Assembly: GCA_009692615.1 (NCBI GenBank)
Contig: SHYW01000010.1
Coordinates: 2,670 to 66,669 of the forward strand
Source: Deltaproteobacteria bacterium
GTDB taxonomy: Bacteria; Desulfobacterota; Binatia; UBA9968
Direction: 5' to 3'
DNA length: 64,000 nt
Under the pieces are notes generated by a model, which saw only the letters and a program-made list of their open reading frames with translations, searched no databases and was not told where the DNA came from. Positions within the stretch are counted from its first letter, which is position 1, and every line of letters starts with the position of its first letter. The position numbers and the translations under genes are program-made. Positions 37,939-46,575 of this stretch are shown here, one piece after another.

Positions 37939-38136
37939 CAGGCCGAGAAAATGATCCAAGCCGTGCGCGCGAAAAAACTCCCGGTGGCCTATCTGACGTT
38001 CGAAGGCGAACAACACGGTTTCCGCGAAGCGGAGAACATCAAGCGCGTGCTTGAAGTGGAGCTATATTTCTACTCGAAAGTGTTTGGATTCGTACTGGCT
38101 GACCCGGTTGAGCCGGTGGAAATCGAAAATCTATAG
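37939..38136 (+). pseudogene. Displaced 3' fragment of an S9 peptidase gene (last 65 codons), copy 2
   Basis: [65 protein letters not shown] compares with the intact gene end [65 protein letters not shown]. Of 65 residues, 57 are identical. Homology stops abruptly upstream of codon Q. Confidence 0.85.
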
Positions 38137-38234
38137 AAACTCGCTGGCGCTTTTTCTCGCGCCGATGATCGGTGGTTTTTTGCCGGGTGCGCTGGTAGAA
38201 TTACGTTACTGACGCCCTTTAAACGTTAATATTT

Positions 38235-38585
38235 ATGGATACAGCCGCGGATCGGAAAAGCATCTATCCGGAAGTTGACGAAGAACTTCTCAAGGGAGTA
38301 GTTCGCCGTATTTGTGAAGCAGGAAGCCCTCACAAGATCGTTCTCTTCGGTTCCCGGGCTCGTGGCGATGCCCGTCCTGACAGCGATCTCGATGTGCTCA
38401 TTATTGAAGACTCAAACCTACCTCGGTACCAGCGAGCTACACGTTATCGCCGCGCGCTCTTGGGTTTGTTTCCAGCCAAGGACATTGTGGTTTGGACGCC
38501 GGCAGAAATTCACGAGTGGAGCGAAGTGCCCCATGCTTTCATCAGTATGGCGCTAAGAGAAGGCAAAGTTCTTTATGAAGGATAA
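38235..38585 (+). CDS. Nucleotidyltransferase-domain antitoxin (MntA-like)
   Basis: IVLFGSRARGDARPDSDLDVLII is the minimal-nucleotidyltransferase GS..RG..D.D motif. Confidence 0.85.
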   Translation: MDTAADRKSIYPEVDEELLKGVVRRICEAGSPHKIVLFGSRARGDARPDSDLDVLIIEDSNLPRYQRATRYRRALLGLFPAKDIVVWTPAEIHEWSEVPHAFISMALREGKVLYEG

Positions 38586-38961
38586 GGTCGCCCACGCCCG
38601 CGGCTGGTTCCTGAAAGGGGACAGCGACTTCGCGGATGTGCGGCGCACGGTGATCAGTGAAGGCCCTTTCGACACCGCGTGTTTTCACGCCCAGCAGGCG
38701 GCGGAAAAATATTTGAAGGGTCTGCTAGCGCACTTCGACGAGCCGATCCCCAAGACCCATGACATCGAGGAGCTCCAGCGACTCTGCCTCCCCCTTGCGA
38801 AAAACCAAAAGCTAGCTGAAATGGATCTGACGGTGCTTTCAGATTACGCTGTCCCCGCCCGGTACGACTTGGAGTTTTGGCCGGATCGGGACACGGCTGC
38901 TGACGCTCTGGCTCTCGCCGAACAGGTTCGCGAGATTGTCCTTGCCATTGTGTCACAATGA
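38575..38961 (+). CDS. HEPN-domain toxin (HepT-like)
   Basis: 128 aa overlapping the MNT gene by 11 nt. It has the HEPN helical pattern (FHAQQAAEKYLKGLL..KTHDIEEL..PARYD). Confidence 0.8.
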   Translation: MKDKVAHARGWFLKGDSDFADVRRTVISEGPFDTACFHAQQAAEKYLKGLLAHFDEPIPKTHDIEELQRLCLPLAKNQKLAEMDLTVLSDYAVPARYDLEFWPDRDTAADALALAEQVREIVLAIVSQ

Positions 38962-38982
38962 CGACCATCCTCGAACGCGTCG

Positions 38983-39015
38983 GAAGTGGAAACGGTGCAG
39001 ATCGAAAATCTTTAA
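38983..39015 (+). other. Possible third, very short remnant of the S9 peptidase 3' end
   Basis: GAAGTGGAAACGGTGCAGATCGAAAATCTTTAA encodes EVETVQIENL*. The intact gene ends [10 protein letters not shown]. By hand alignment, 21 of 26 nt match copy 2 just before the stop. Confidence 0.4.
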
Positions 39016-39027
39016 ACCGACAAAGTT

Positions 39028-39753
39028 ATGCCTGGTATAGATTCACTATCTCCGACGACGCTCATCATGGCAACGGCCATCATGATGCTTGGCGCCGCCA
39101 TTCAATCAGCGGTTGGAATCGGATTAGCGCTCGCTGCGGCTCCGCTACTGACGCTTCTTGAGCCACGATTCGTACCGGGACCGATGCTCTGTGCTTCAAT
39201 AGTCCTAGCGCTGGCAACCGCATGGCGCGAGAGAACAGCCATAGCGCAGGATCAACTTAACACATCGTTGCTGGGGCTGGTGATTGGCACTGGGATTGGA
39301 GCGAGCGCACTCACTATCATTACTCCCGACATTCTCCCGAAAGTTTTCGGCGTGTTCGTTCTCATTGCAGTGGCAATCAGCGTTTCTGGATTTTCGCTTC
39401 AGCCCACTTTGCTCGCGCTGGTTTTAGGTGGCACCGCGTCCGGCATTATGGGAACCATGATCGGAATTCACGGACCGGCGATAGCTTTGGTATATCAGAA
39501 CGTCGCGCCAGCGCGCGCACGCGCGACCCTGGGAGCATTTTTTACGGTGGGGTATTTGATCACTGTACTAGCTCTGGTTTGGATAGGCGTTTTCGGTTCG
39601 ACGGATCTTGCATTGTCGGTTATTCTTACTCCTGGAGTTCTCCTCGGTTGGGCCATCGGACCCAAACTCACACCGTTTTTGGACCCGCGCAGAACGAGAG
39701 CAAGTATCCTGACACTTTCCGCTCTCACGGCGTGTGCAAACTTGCTGAAATAA
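39028..39753 (+). CDS. TauE/SafE (TSUP) family membrane transporter, sulfite-exporter-like
   Basis: 241 aa, polytopic and glycine-rich in the helices (AIQSAVGIGLALAAAPLL). This is the DUF81-type pattern. Confidence 0.7.
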   Translation: MPGIDSLSPTTLIMATAIMMLGAAIQSAVGIGLALAAAPLLTLLEPRFVPGPMLCASIVLALATAWRERTAIAQDQLNTSLLGLVIGTGIGASALTIITPDILPKVFGVFVLIAVAISVSGFSLQPTLLALVLGGTASGIMGTMIGIHGPAIALVYQNVAPARARATLGAFFTVGYLITVLALVWIGVFGSTDLALSVILTPGVLLGWAIGPKLTPFLDPRRTRASILTLSALTACANLLK

Positions 39754-39778
39754 CGCACAGCTTAAACAATAAATAGCC

Positions 39779-40480
39779 ATGACCTACCGCGCAATCATTT
39801 TCGATCTCTTCGGCACCTTGGTGAACGACTTTATGTCGGTCACTGGCCAAACCCACGATGAACTCGCGGCGATTCTCCGCGTGCCTTATGAACCGTTCAT
39901 GAAACAGTGGCGCGAGATAACCGGACGACGCACGATGGGAGAGTTTCAGACTGTCGAAGCCAGCATCGACCACGTCTGCGCTGCGCTCGGTGTGATGGTG
40001 AATGCCGATCAAATGGTCCAAGCCGTCGAGTTTCGCTTGGCGTACACCCGGCGTGCGCTCGTGCCCAAATTGGATGCCGTCTCAACATTAACGCAATTGA
40101 AACAAACAGGTTTCCAAGTCAGCCTGCTGAGCAACTGCTCCATCGAGATTCCGATCTTGTGGCCGGAAACCGAATTCGCCGACTTAATCGAAAGCCCTAT
40201 CTTCTCTTCTCGCGAGCGGCTGAAGAAACCCGACCCGCGCATCTACCGAATCGCCTGCGAGCGCCTGGGCGTCGCGCCGAAAGATTGTCTCTACATCGCC
40301 GACGGAGAAAATCACGAGCTGAAAGCTGCCGCCGATTTTGGCATGAGCCCAGTGTTGATCCGACCCACTTCGCATGAGCCTCGCGGCGAATTGCGCCAGG
40401 AAGCAAGAGAGTGGCAAGGGACAAATATTTCGACGTTGTCTGAAGTATTGGTCATCGTCGGCAACGAGCGCAGATTGTGA
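39779..40480 (+). CDS. HAD-superfamily hydrolase
   Basis: Motif I is IIFDLFGTLV. The later SN and ..YIADGENHELKAA motifs are also present. Confidence 0.85.
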   Translation: MTYRAIIFDLFGTLVNDFMSVTGQTHDELAAILRVPYEPFMKQWREITGRRTMGEFQTVEASIDHVCAALGVMVNADQMVQAVEFRLAYTRRALVPKLDAVSTLTQLKQTGFQVSLLSNCSIEIPILWPETEFADLIESPIFSSRERLKKPDPRIYRIACERLGVAPKDCLYIADGENHELKAAADFGMSPVLIRPTSHEPRGELRQEAREWQGTNISTLSEVLVIVGNERRL

Positions 40481-40492
40481 AAACTAAGCAGT

Positions 40493-40984
40493 ATGACGAT
40501 TCGCGACGCCACTGAAACCGATCTGCCAGCCATCTTAGAAATATACAACGCGGCAATCCCCGGCCGCATGGCTACCGCGGATACGCAAACGGTAACAGTC
40601 GAAAGCCGGCGCAACTGGTTCCATGAACATGATCCAAACACGCGGCCACTTTGGATCGCTCTAGAGAATGATGTCATCGTCGGCTGGCTAAGCTTTCAAT
40701 CGTTCTACGGCCGCCCTGCTTATCATGCGACGGCTGAGTTGAGCGTTTACGTAGCCTCCCAACATCGGCGCAAAGGAATAGGCAGCGCGCTTCTCACCGA
40801 AGCGATCGCACGGGCGCCGCGCTTGACACTAAAAACTCTCGTCGGCTTCATATTCGCGCACAATGAACCGAGCCTGCGGCTGTTCGAAACGTTCGGCTTT
40901 CAACGCTGGGGAGTTTTGCCGAGGGTTGCCGAGCTCGACGGCGTGGAGCGCGATCTGGTAATTGTTGGGCGACGCTTGGCGTGA
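40493..40984 (+). CDS. GNAT N-acetyltransferase, phosphinothricin/methionine-sulfoximine acetyltransferase-like
   Basis: IRDATETDLPAILEIYNAAI..HRRKGIGSALL..GFQRWGVLPRVAELDGVERDLVIVGR is typical of PAT-type GNATs. Confidence 0.8.
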   Translation: MTIRDATETDLPAILEIYNAAIPGRMATADTQTVTVESRRNWFHEHDPNTRPLWIALENDVIVGWLSFQSFYGRPAYHATAELSVYVASQHRRKGIGSALLTEAIARAPRLTLKTLVGFIFAHNEPSLRLFETFGFQRWGVLPRVAELDGVERDLVIVGRRLA

Positions 40985-41016
40985 ACTGAATACAGGACCG
41001 GTCTCTGAAGGAAACC

Positions 41017-41670
41017 ATGAGTCGACTCCCCCGCAGATTGTACTTTACATTATTGCTTTTGCTGGTTGGCAGTTCTGCCGCCGCTGAACCGAATGTTTGG
41101 GAAGATTCGTTCAACGCCCAAACCAAAGAGCGCTATTTCCCGGTCGAACTCTGGGCTGGCGTCGAATGGGATGGCAATCGCGAGTTGAAGATGCCGAAGT
41201 CCGATTTCACCTTCCGTCATCGATCCGAATACCGCATCAAAGGCCCGGTGGAGTGGGAACATCCGGTGATGCGCCAAACGTTTACGGTTTACGAACGATT
41301 GAACCCAGGCCGCGGCGGAATGAAAACTCAGAGATTCACGATCAACCAAGAAAGAAACGGCCTGGGCCGCGTCTACGACGACCGATCGGAGCTGGGCACG
41401 CGAATGTTTTCCGACGGCCTCAAGTTTCCCTTGGGAGTTTGGAAAGAGGGCGAGACGCGCAAGTTTGTCTACAAACATTTTGAAGGCGCGCGGGTCAGCG
41501 ACCGCGCCGAGACGATCACGATCAAGCAAATCGATTTTAAATTTTTCCAAAGCTCCCACTGCGTAGAATTCTATTGGACCGCCACCGATCGCGACGAGAA
41601 ACGCTATTACGATCGCCAGACCTATGTTTACTGCCCCGGCAAAAGCATGGTCAGTCAGATTCAGCACTGA
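41017..41670 (+). CDS. Hypothetical secreted protein
   Basis: 217 aa with signal peptide RRLYFTLLLLLVGSSAAAEP. I recognise no family. I prefer it over the 401-aa antisense ORF. Confidence 0.5.
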   Translation: MSRLPRRLYFTLLLLLVGSSAAAEPNVWEDSFNAQTKERYFPVELWAGVEWDGNRELKMPKSDFTFRHRSEYRIKGPVEWEHPVMRQTFTVYERLNPGRGGMKTQRFTINQERNGLGRVYDDRSELGTRMFSDGLKFPLGVWKEGETRKFVYKHFEGARVSDRAETITIKQIDFKFFQSSHCVEFYWTATDRDEKRYYDRQTYVYCPGKSMVSQIQH

Positions 41671-41673
41671 AGG

Positions 41674-42408
41674 ATGACCGATTCGATGACCGCCTACGAC
41701 CGATTTGCAAAATACTACGACCGGGTCATGGGCGATCGCTCGGCGGCGGCGGATTACATTGGCGATCTCATCGAGCGCTACCACCCAGAGGCGAAGACAG
41801 TTTTGGAAATCGCCTGCGGCACCGGCGGCATAACGGGCCGGCTGTCCGAATCCTACGATGTCACCGGCCTCGACCGCTCGCGGAAAATGTTGGCTATCGC
41901 GCGCCAACGGTTGCCGCACATCCATTTTCACCGCCAAGACATCACCAGCTTTCGCGTCAACCGGCGCTTCGACGCTATCGTCTGCGCCTTCGACTCGATC
42001 AATCATTTGCATCGATTCGCTGACTGGCGGAAAACCTTTCGTTGCGTTGCTCGCCATCTCAACAGCGGCGGCGTTTTCGTTTTTGACGTCAATACCAACG
42101 GCAAACTTCAGCGTCTTGTCGAAGGGTCGGCGTGGATCAAACCGTTCGGCCGCGATCTCGTGGTGATCAAAGTTAACCAAGGACGCAGAGCAATTTTCAC
42201 CTGGGATGTAAAAATCTTTGCGCATCGGAAAGGCGATAGCTATAAACTCATTCACGAGACCATTGAAGAGATTGCCGTTCCAATGACCCGCATTTTGACT
42301 TGCTTACGAAGTAAATTTACGGCAGTCAAAGTGTTCGATCCCGAAGGCGGGCGGCCATCGGATCGCTCGGAGCGGCTGTACTTCGTCTGCAAAGCAAAAG
42401 CGAAATGA
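41674..42408 (+). CDS. Class I SAM-dependent methyltransferase
   Basis: Motif I is VLEIACGTGG, followed by post-I VTGLDRS and ..FDAIVCAFDSINHL. Confidence 0.85.
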   Translation: MTDSMTAYDRFAKYYDRVMGDRSAAADYIGDLIERYHPEAKTVLEIACGTGGITGRLSESYDVTGLDRSRKMLAIARQRLPHIHFHRQDITSFRVNRRFDAIVCAFDSINHLHRFADWRKTFRCVARHLNSGGVFVFDVNTNGKLQRLVEGSAWIKPFGRDLVVIKVNQGRRAIFTWDVKIFAHRKGDSYKLIHETIEEIAVPMTRILTCLRSKFTAVKVFDPEGGRPSDRSERLYFVCKAKAK

Positions 42409-42425
42409 CGCAGATCTAAATTCGC

Positions 42426-42932
42426 ATGATAATCCGCCAAGCGACAATCGCAGACGCAGCCGACTTGGTCGCAGCGGAGCAAGAAACCGCGCGCACCGCG
42501 GGCTTGCTCGTCTCCCGCCCCGATGAACTGAAGCGCGCTGCGTTCGAGCACAAGATCGCCGAACTCGCCACCACGGGTCGTTATATAGTTGCGGAGAGCA
42601 ACGGCGAGATCGTCGGCCATGCGCTGTTAGATCCAATGCCACTGACGGCGACCGCTCATGTCCTTCGTCTGACGATCGTCGTGCACCCAGGTTTTCTCGG
42701 CCGCGGCATCGGCGAAGCCCTCATGCGCGACCTCATGGATTGGGCGGAGCGAACAACCAAGGCGCGGAAAATTGAATTGCTGGTTCGCGCTACAAATGCG
42801 CGTGCGATTCATTTATATTCCAAGCTCGGCTTTGTCGAAGAAGGGCGCTTTAAAAACCGCTTACGTTTGCCGGATGGAAACTATATCGACGACATCGCCA
42901 TGGCGTGGTTTCCAATGCGCAAGCATGATTAA
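42426..42932 (+). CDS. GNAT-family N-acetyltransferase
   Basis: 168 aa. ..VHPGFLGRGIGEALM.. is the acetyl-CoA binding motif, and ..YSKLGFVEEG is also present. Confidence 0.8.
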   Translation: MIIRQATIADAADLVAAEQETARTAGLLVSRPDELKRAAFEHKIAELATTGRYIVAESNGEIVGHALLDPMPLTATAHVLRLTIVVHPGFLGRGIGEALMRDLMDWAERTTKARKIELLVRATNARAIHLYSKLGFVEEGRFKNRLRLPDGNYIDDIAMAWFPMRKHD

Positions 42933-43033
42933 TTGCGGCGCATCGGTGGCAAAAGGGTCGGCCATTTTGTTCCGCATGATCGACACATTGTGCTATTGTT
43001 CACCGACCGGAAATTCCATTTAGAAAGTTGAAT

Positions 43034-44206
43034 ATGTCACATCAGCCCCCGACTCACTTCGAACAGCCTCAGGGATTTCTATCGCTGGCCAAGAACGTCG
43101 GCATCAAAGACGCCACGCTCGATCTCACGGTCATTTACTTGACCGTACGCGCCCGCGCGGCGGCGATGTTTACGCGCAACCGCTTTCCTGGCGCGCCGGT
43201 GATCGTTGGACGCAAGCATATCGCCAACGGTTTCGCACAAGCGCTTGTCATCAACAGCAAGAATGCCAACGTGGCGATGGGAAAACTCGGCATCGACAAC
43301 GCGGTGGAAACTTGCCGCATCGTCGGAACCGAGCTCGGCATCGATCCCTACGATGTCCTGCCGTTTTCCACCGGCGTCATCGGCCGGCCGTTGCCGATGG
43401 ATAAAATCCGCGCTGGACTCAAAGGCATTCGCAGTGAGCTGAAGCCGGATAACCTGAAGCTCGCCGCCGAAGCGATCATGACCACCGACATGTATCCCAA
43501 ATATATTTCCGTGCGCGTCGGCAAGGCGATCATCGCCGGCATCGCCAAAGGCGCCGGCATGATCGAACCGAACATGGCGACGATGCTTGTCTATCTCATG
43601 ACCGACGCCGAATTGCCAAAGACGGCGCTCAAGCCGATGCTCAAGCGCATTGTTGACCGTACGTTTAACGCCATGAGCATCGATACCGACACCAGCACCA
43701 GCGACACGGTGGTGCTGATGGCCAACGGCTTCGCCGGCAAAGTGAAGTTGCCGCAGTTTGAAAAAGGCTTGCTGCAAGTCTGCGAATATCTCACCCGCGA
43801 GATCGCCCGCAACGGCGAAGGCGTGACTAAACTCATCACGGTCGACGTCAGCGGCGCAAAGACTTCAGCGCAGGCGAAACGCGTCGGCAAGTTGGTGGTA
43901 AATTCGCCGCTGGTCAAAACCGCCGTCTATGGCGCCGATCCCAATTGGGGCCGAGTCATCATGGCGGTCGGCAAAAGTTTCGATCCAAGCATCGAACCGG
44001 CGAAAGTCACCATCCGCTTCGGCGCCACCGCGGTATTCAAGAAGGGTTCACCCGTCGACTGCGACCTCGAAGCGCTGCGTAAATATTTGAGCCAGGGCGA
44101 AGTCAGCATCGGCGTCGATCTCGGCATCGGCAAAGCCAAGGCGCGCGTCTGGGGCTGCGACTTGACCGAAGGTTATGTGAAAGAGAACGCGTACTACACA
44201 ACGTGA
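43034..44206 (+). CDS. argJ: Bifunctional ornithine acetyltransferase / N-acetylglutamate synthase
   Basis: GIAKGAGMIEPNMATMLVYLMTDA contains the autoproteolytic ATML-T site, and the C-terminus ..GCDLTEGYVKENAYYTT is typical. The track start is TTG 43028; ATG is at 43034. Confidence 0.9.
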   Translation: MSHQPPTHFEQPQGFLSLAKNVGIKDATLDLTVIYLTVRARAAAMFTRNRFPGAPVIVGRKHIANGFAQALVINSKNANVAMGKLGIDNAVETCRIVGTELGIDPYDVLPFSTGVIGRPLPMDKIRAGLKGIRSELKPDNLKLAAEAIMTTDMYPKYISVRVGKAIIAGIAKGAGMIEPNMATMLVYLMTDAELPKTALKPMLKRIVDRTFNAMSIDTDTSTSDTVVLMANGFAGKVKLPQFEKGLLQVCEYLTREIARNGEGVTKLITVDVSGAKTSAQAKRVGKLVVNSPLVKTAVYGADPNWGRVIMAVGKSFDPSIEPAKVTIRFGATAVFKKGSPVDCDLEALRKYLSQGEVSIGVDLGIGKAKARVWGCDLTEGYVKENAYYTT

Positions 44207-44239
44207 TCGGAATTCCTCACGCAAGATTCGGAGAAGAGA

Positions 44240-44325
44240 TTCACCACGAAAAGCACGAAACACACGAAATGATTGAGAAGATCGATTTCTTTTTTTCGTG
44301 ATTGTCGTGTGTTTCGTGGTTTGAT
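44240..44325. repeat. CACGAA-periodic hairpin repeat, copy 4
   Basis: TTCACCACGAAAAGCACGAAACACACGAAAT .. TTTTTTCGTGATTGTCGTGTGTTTCGTGGTTTGA. The arms are imperfect reverse complements of about 30 nt. The element sits between argJ and the amidohydrolase gene. Confidence 0.65.
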
Positions 44326-44328
44326 TTT

Positions 44329-45504
44329 ATGACCGCACGAAATTTATCGAACTTTCTACTCAAAGGCGGACGCCTCATCGATCCGGCAATTGGCACCGAC
44401 GGCGTGCTCGACATCCGTGTGCGCGACGGCAAGGTTGACGCCATCGGCGCCAATCTCAATGCCGACGGCGCGACGGTCGTCGACGTTAAAGGCCAGATCG
44501 TCACGCCGGGATTGATCGATGTCCATCTCCATTTAATGAAAGGTCTCGGCGCCTTCGGCGTCGATCCGGATATTTTCGGCGTCGGTTCCGGCGTCACCAC
44601 CGTCGTCGACGCCGGCAGCGCCGGCCACACCATGCTCAACGTCTTTCGCAACTACGTCACCGACAACGCCAAGACGCGAGTGCTGAATTACATCAACCTG
44701 TCCACGCTCGGCGGCGTCGCCGGACCGGGATTCAGCATTCTCGCCGATCCGCGCTTGATTGATGAAGCGAAGATCGAGCAGGCGGTCGAGGCCAACCGCG
44801 ACATGATCGTCGGCATCAAGATCATGGCCACCGGCGGCGCGCTGGGCGCGCAGGGGCTGAAGCCGTTGGAGCGCGCGCGCAAACTCGGCGACGAACTAAA
44901 AATTCCGCTGCTGGTTCACATCGGTGAGAGCTGGACCCAGGGTACCGAGCCGGTCGCCGTCGGCGACGTGCTCAAATATTTGCGTGCCGGCGATATTGTC
45001 ACGCATATGTTCACCGTCCATCCCGGCGGCTTGCTCGACGGCAATGGCAAACTCTGGCCGCAAGTTCGAGATGCAAAGGCATCCGGTGTATTGATGGACG
45101 TCGGCCACGGTTTGCATAATTTGAACTTCGACGTCGCCCGCAAAGTCCTCGACCAAGGCCTCCATCCCGACGGCGTTTCCACCGACGGCCACCGCGGCAA
45201 CCGCGCCGGGCCCGTATACGATCTGCCGACGACCATGGGGAAGTTAATGGCGCTGGGATTTTCCCTGAATCAAGTGATCGAGATGGCGACTGCCAACGCG
45301 GCGAGACTGCTTGGCAGAAGCGGCGACCTCGGCACACTGAAAGTTGGCGCACCGGCGGAAATATCAGTGCTGAAGATCGAAGACAGAGAGTGGAAAGCGC
45401 TGGACTCGCAAAAAGGCACGATTCCCGCGCATCAAACCATCACTCCGGTCTACGCCATCCGCGGCGCGTCGATTTACGAGCCACTGCCGGTCGAGCGGCC
45501 GTAA
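44329..45504 (+). CDS. Metal-dependent amidohydrolase/deacetylase-family protein
   Basis: Track ORF 44302..45504. The first 9 codons run through the repeat, so I prefer ATG 44329. LKGGRLIDP..VTPGLIDVHLHL carries the HxH metal motif. Confidence 0.85.
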   Translation: MTARNLSNFLLKGGRLIDPAIGTDGVLDIRVRDGKVDAIGANLNADGATVVDVKGQIVTPGLIDVHLHLMKGLGAFGVDPDIFGVGSGVTTVVDAGSAGHTMLNVFRNYVTDNAKTRVLNYINLSTLGGVAGPGFSILADPRLIDEAKIEQAVEANRDMIVGIKIMATGGALGAQGLKPLERARKLGDELKIPLLVHIGESWTQGTEPVAVGDVLKYLRAGDIVTHMFTVHPGGLLDGNGKLWPQVRDAKASGVLMDVGHGLHNLNFDVARKVLDQGLHPDGVSTDGHRGNRAGPVYDLPTTMGKLMALGFSLNQVIEMATANAARLLGRSGDLGTLKVGAPAEISVLKIEDREWKALDSQKGTIPAHQTITPVYAIRGASIYEPLPVERP

Positions 45505-45812
45505 ATGGAACTGACCTGAATTAGCTTTGGTGTCACAATATTTTTTCGGGGCATGGAGGGACCGGGGTCCACTGGCTGCGCGGCGTTTGAAGAAAAAGCG
45601 AATGTGAGTGGAATCGTAAGTACGAGAAACAAGATTATTGTTGGAGAGATGAAGTCATCGGGAGATCCGGCCTGCAAGGATTCTCAAAATCGGCACTTTT
45701 CAGTTCCCTATCTCGTAGAACCAGCACAAACAAAGCCTCGCAATCGACGGGTTTGGAACAATAGTAGTCATTCTGTTTTACGCGCTACGCATCGCATAGC
45801 TGTCATTGATGG

Positions 45813-46103
45813 TCACACCAACTCAAGGCGCAGTCGGCGGCCGATTGCTGACGCCGCTCGGCTCAAGGTAGCCAAAGTGACGCCGTCATTGTTTGGATCG
45901 AGCAAGCGGTTAAGCTGTACGCGGCTGGTAGCCATACGCCGCGCCATTTCGGTGCGAGTGAGATTTTGTTTTTGCATGGCTTGTTCGATTTGCCACGCCA
46001 CGACTTTCTTGATGGAGGCGTTGGTGGCTTCTTCGTAGATGCCTTCCTCTTTGAGCCAATCCTCGAACCGTCCACCGATATGGCGGTTTTTGCGCTTCTT
46101 CAT
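45813..46103 (-). CDS. higA: XRE-family HTH antitoxin (HigA-like)
   Basis: This is the internal ATG 46103-46101 of track ORF 45813..46310. MKKRKNRHIGGRFEDWLKEEG..QKQNLTRTEMARRMATSRVQLNRLLDP is the HTH. Its ATG overlaps the toxin stop (ATGA). Confidence 0.8.
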   Translation of the reverse strand: MKKRKNRHIGGRFEDWLKEEGIYEEATNASIKKVVAWQIEQAMQKQNLTRTEMARRMATSRVQLNRLLDPNNDGVTLATLSRAASAIGRRLRLELV

Positions 46104-46444
46104 CGTTTTGCCTCTCCCATTCGTTTTATGGCCAGCGCCAGATCGCCCTTTGGAGTCTTTTGCGTCTTCTTGATGAAGCCATGCAGCAATAGCAACTCGC
46201 CGTCGATCACACAAAACAGCACTCGGACGATGCGCCGGCTTGGTAAATCGCTGCGTATTTCCCAAAGCCCGTCGCCGAGCGATTTGCATAACGGCATGCC
46301 AATCGGCCAACCAAATTCAACATCACGGATGTCATGCCCGACATGTTTACGGTCGGTAACCGGCAAGCGCATCAACCAGTCACGAACCGGATTGGCTCCA
46401 GCTGCCGTGAGATAGAAACGAGCCACGACACGCTTAATCGGCAT
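46100..46444 (-). CDS. higB: RelE/ParE-superfamily toxin (HigB / Gp49-like)
   Basis: This is the internal ATG 46444 of track ORF 46100..46507. MPIKRVVARFYLTAAGANPVRDWL..LGDGLWEIRSDLPSRRIVRVLFCVIDGELLLLHGFIKKTQKTP is the typical pattern. Confidence 0.8.
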   Translation of the reverse strand: MPIKRVVARFYLTAAGANPVRDWLMRLPVTDRKHVGHDIRDVEFGWPIGMPLCKSLGDGLWEIRSDLPSRRIVRVLFCVIDGELLLLHGFIKKTQKTPKGDLALAIKRMGEAKR

Positions 46445-46575
46445 CGATCCTTGCACACCTTCATGTTGTACCAATATCGGTACGCCGTCAATCGCAATGG
46501 TTGGCACGCTGACTTCGGATCGTGGGCTGCTTTCTTTTGAGTCGGGTTCAGAATGAATCCCAGCTAAGTTGACTA

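Larger units (their letters stand above)
38137..38982. mobile_element. Putative inserted MNT-HEPN toxin-antitoxin cassette
   Basis: It lies exactly between peptidase 3'-end copy 2 (ends 38136) and the short copy 3 (38983-39015). Confidence 0.35.
45505..46575. mobile_element. Putative inserted higBA cassette
   Basis: It lies exactly between the stop of the amidohydrolase gene and a diverged 114-nt copy of that gene's last 37 codons plus stop. It is lower in GC by eye. Confidence 0.45.

Noticed and set aside
41050-42255. 401-aa ORF on the minus strand, the longest ORF in this region
   Set aside because: It is antisense to two better-supported plus-strand genes: a signal-peptide protein at 41017-41670 and a SAM methyltransferase with a clear VLEIACGTGG motif at 41674-42408. 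Its product is Ala/Arg/Gly/Val-rich with no motif, as expected of a GC-rich shadow frame.
45553-46038. 161-aa plus-strand ORF in the higBA cassette
   Set aside because: It overlaps higA in antisense and continues through non-coding DNA. It has no RBS or motif, whereas the higBA pair has the classic ATGA overlap.
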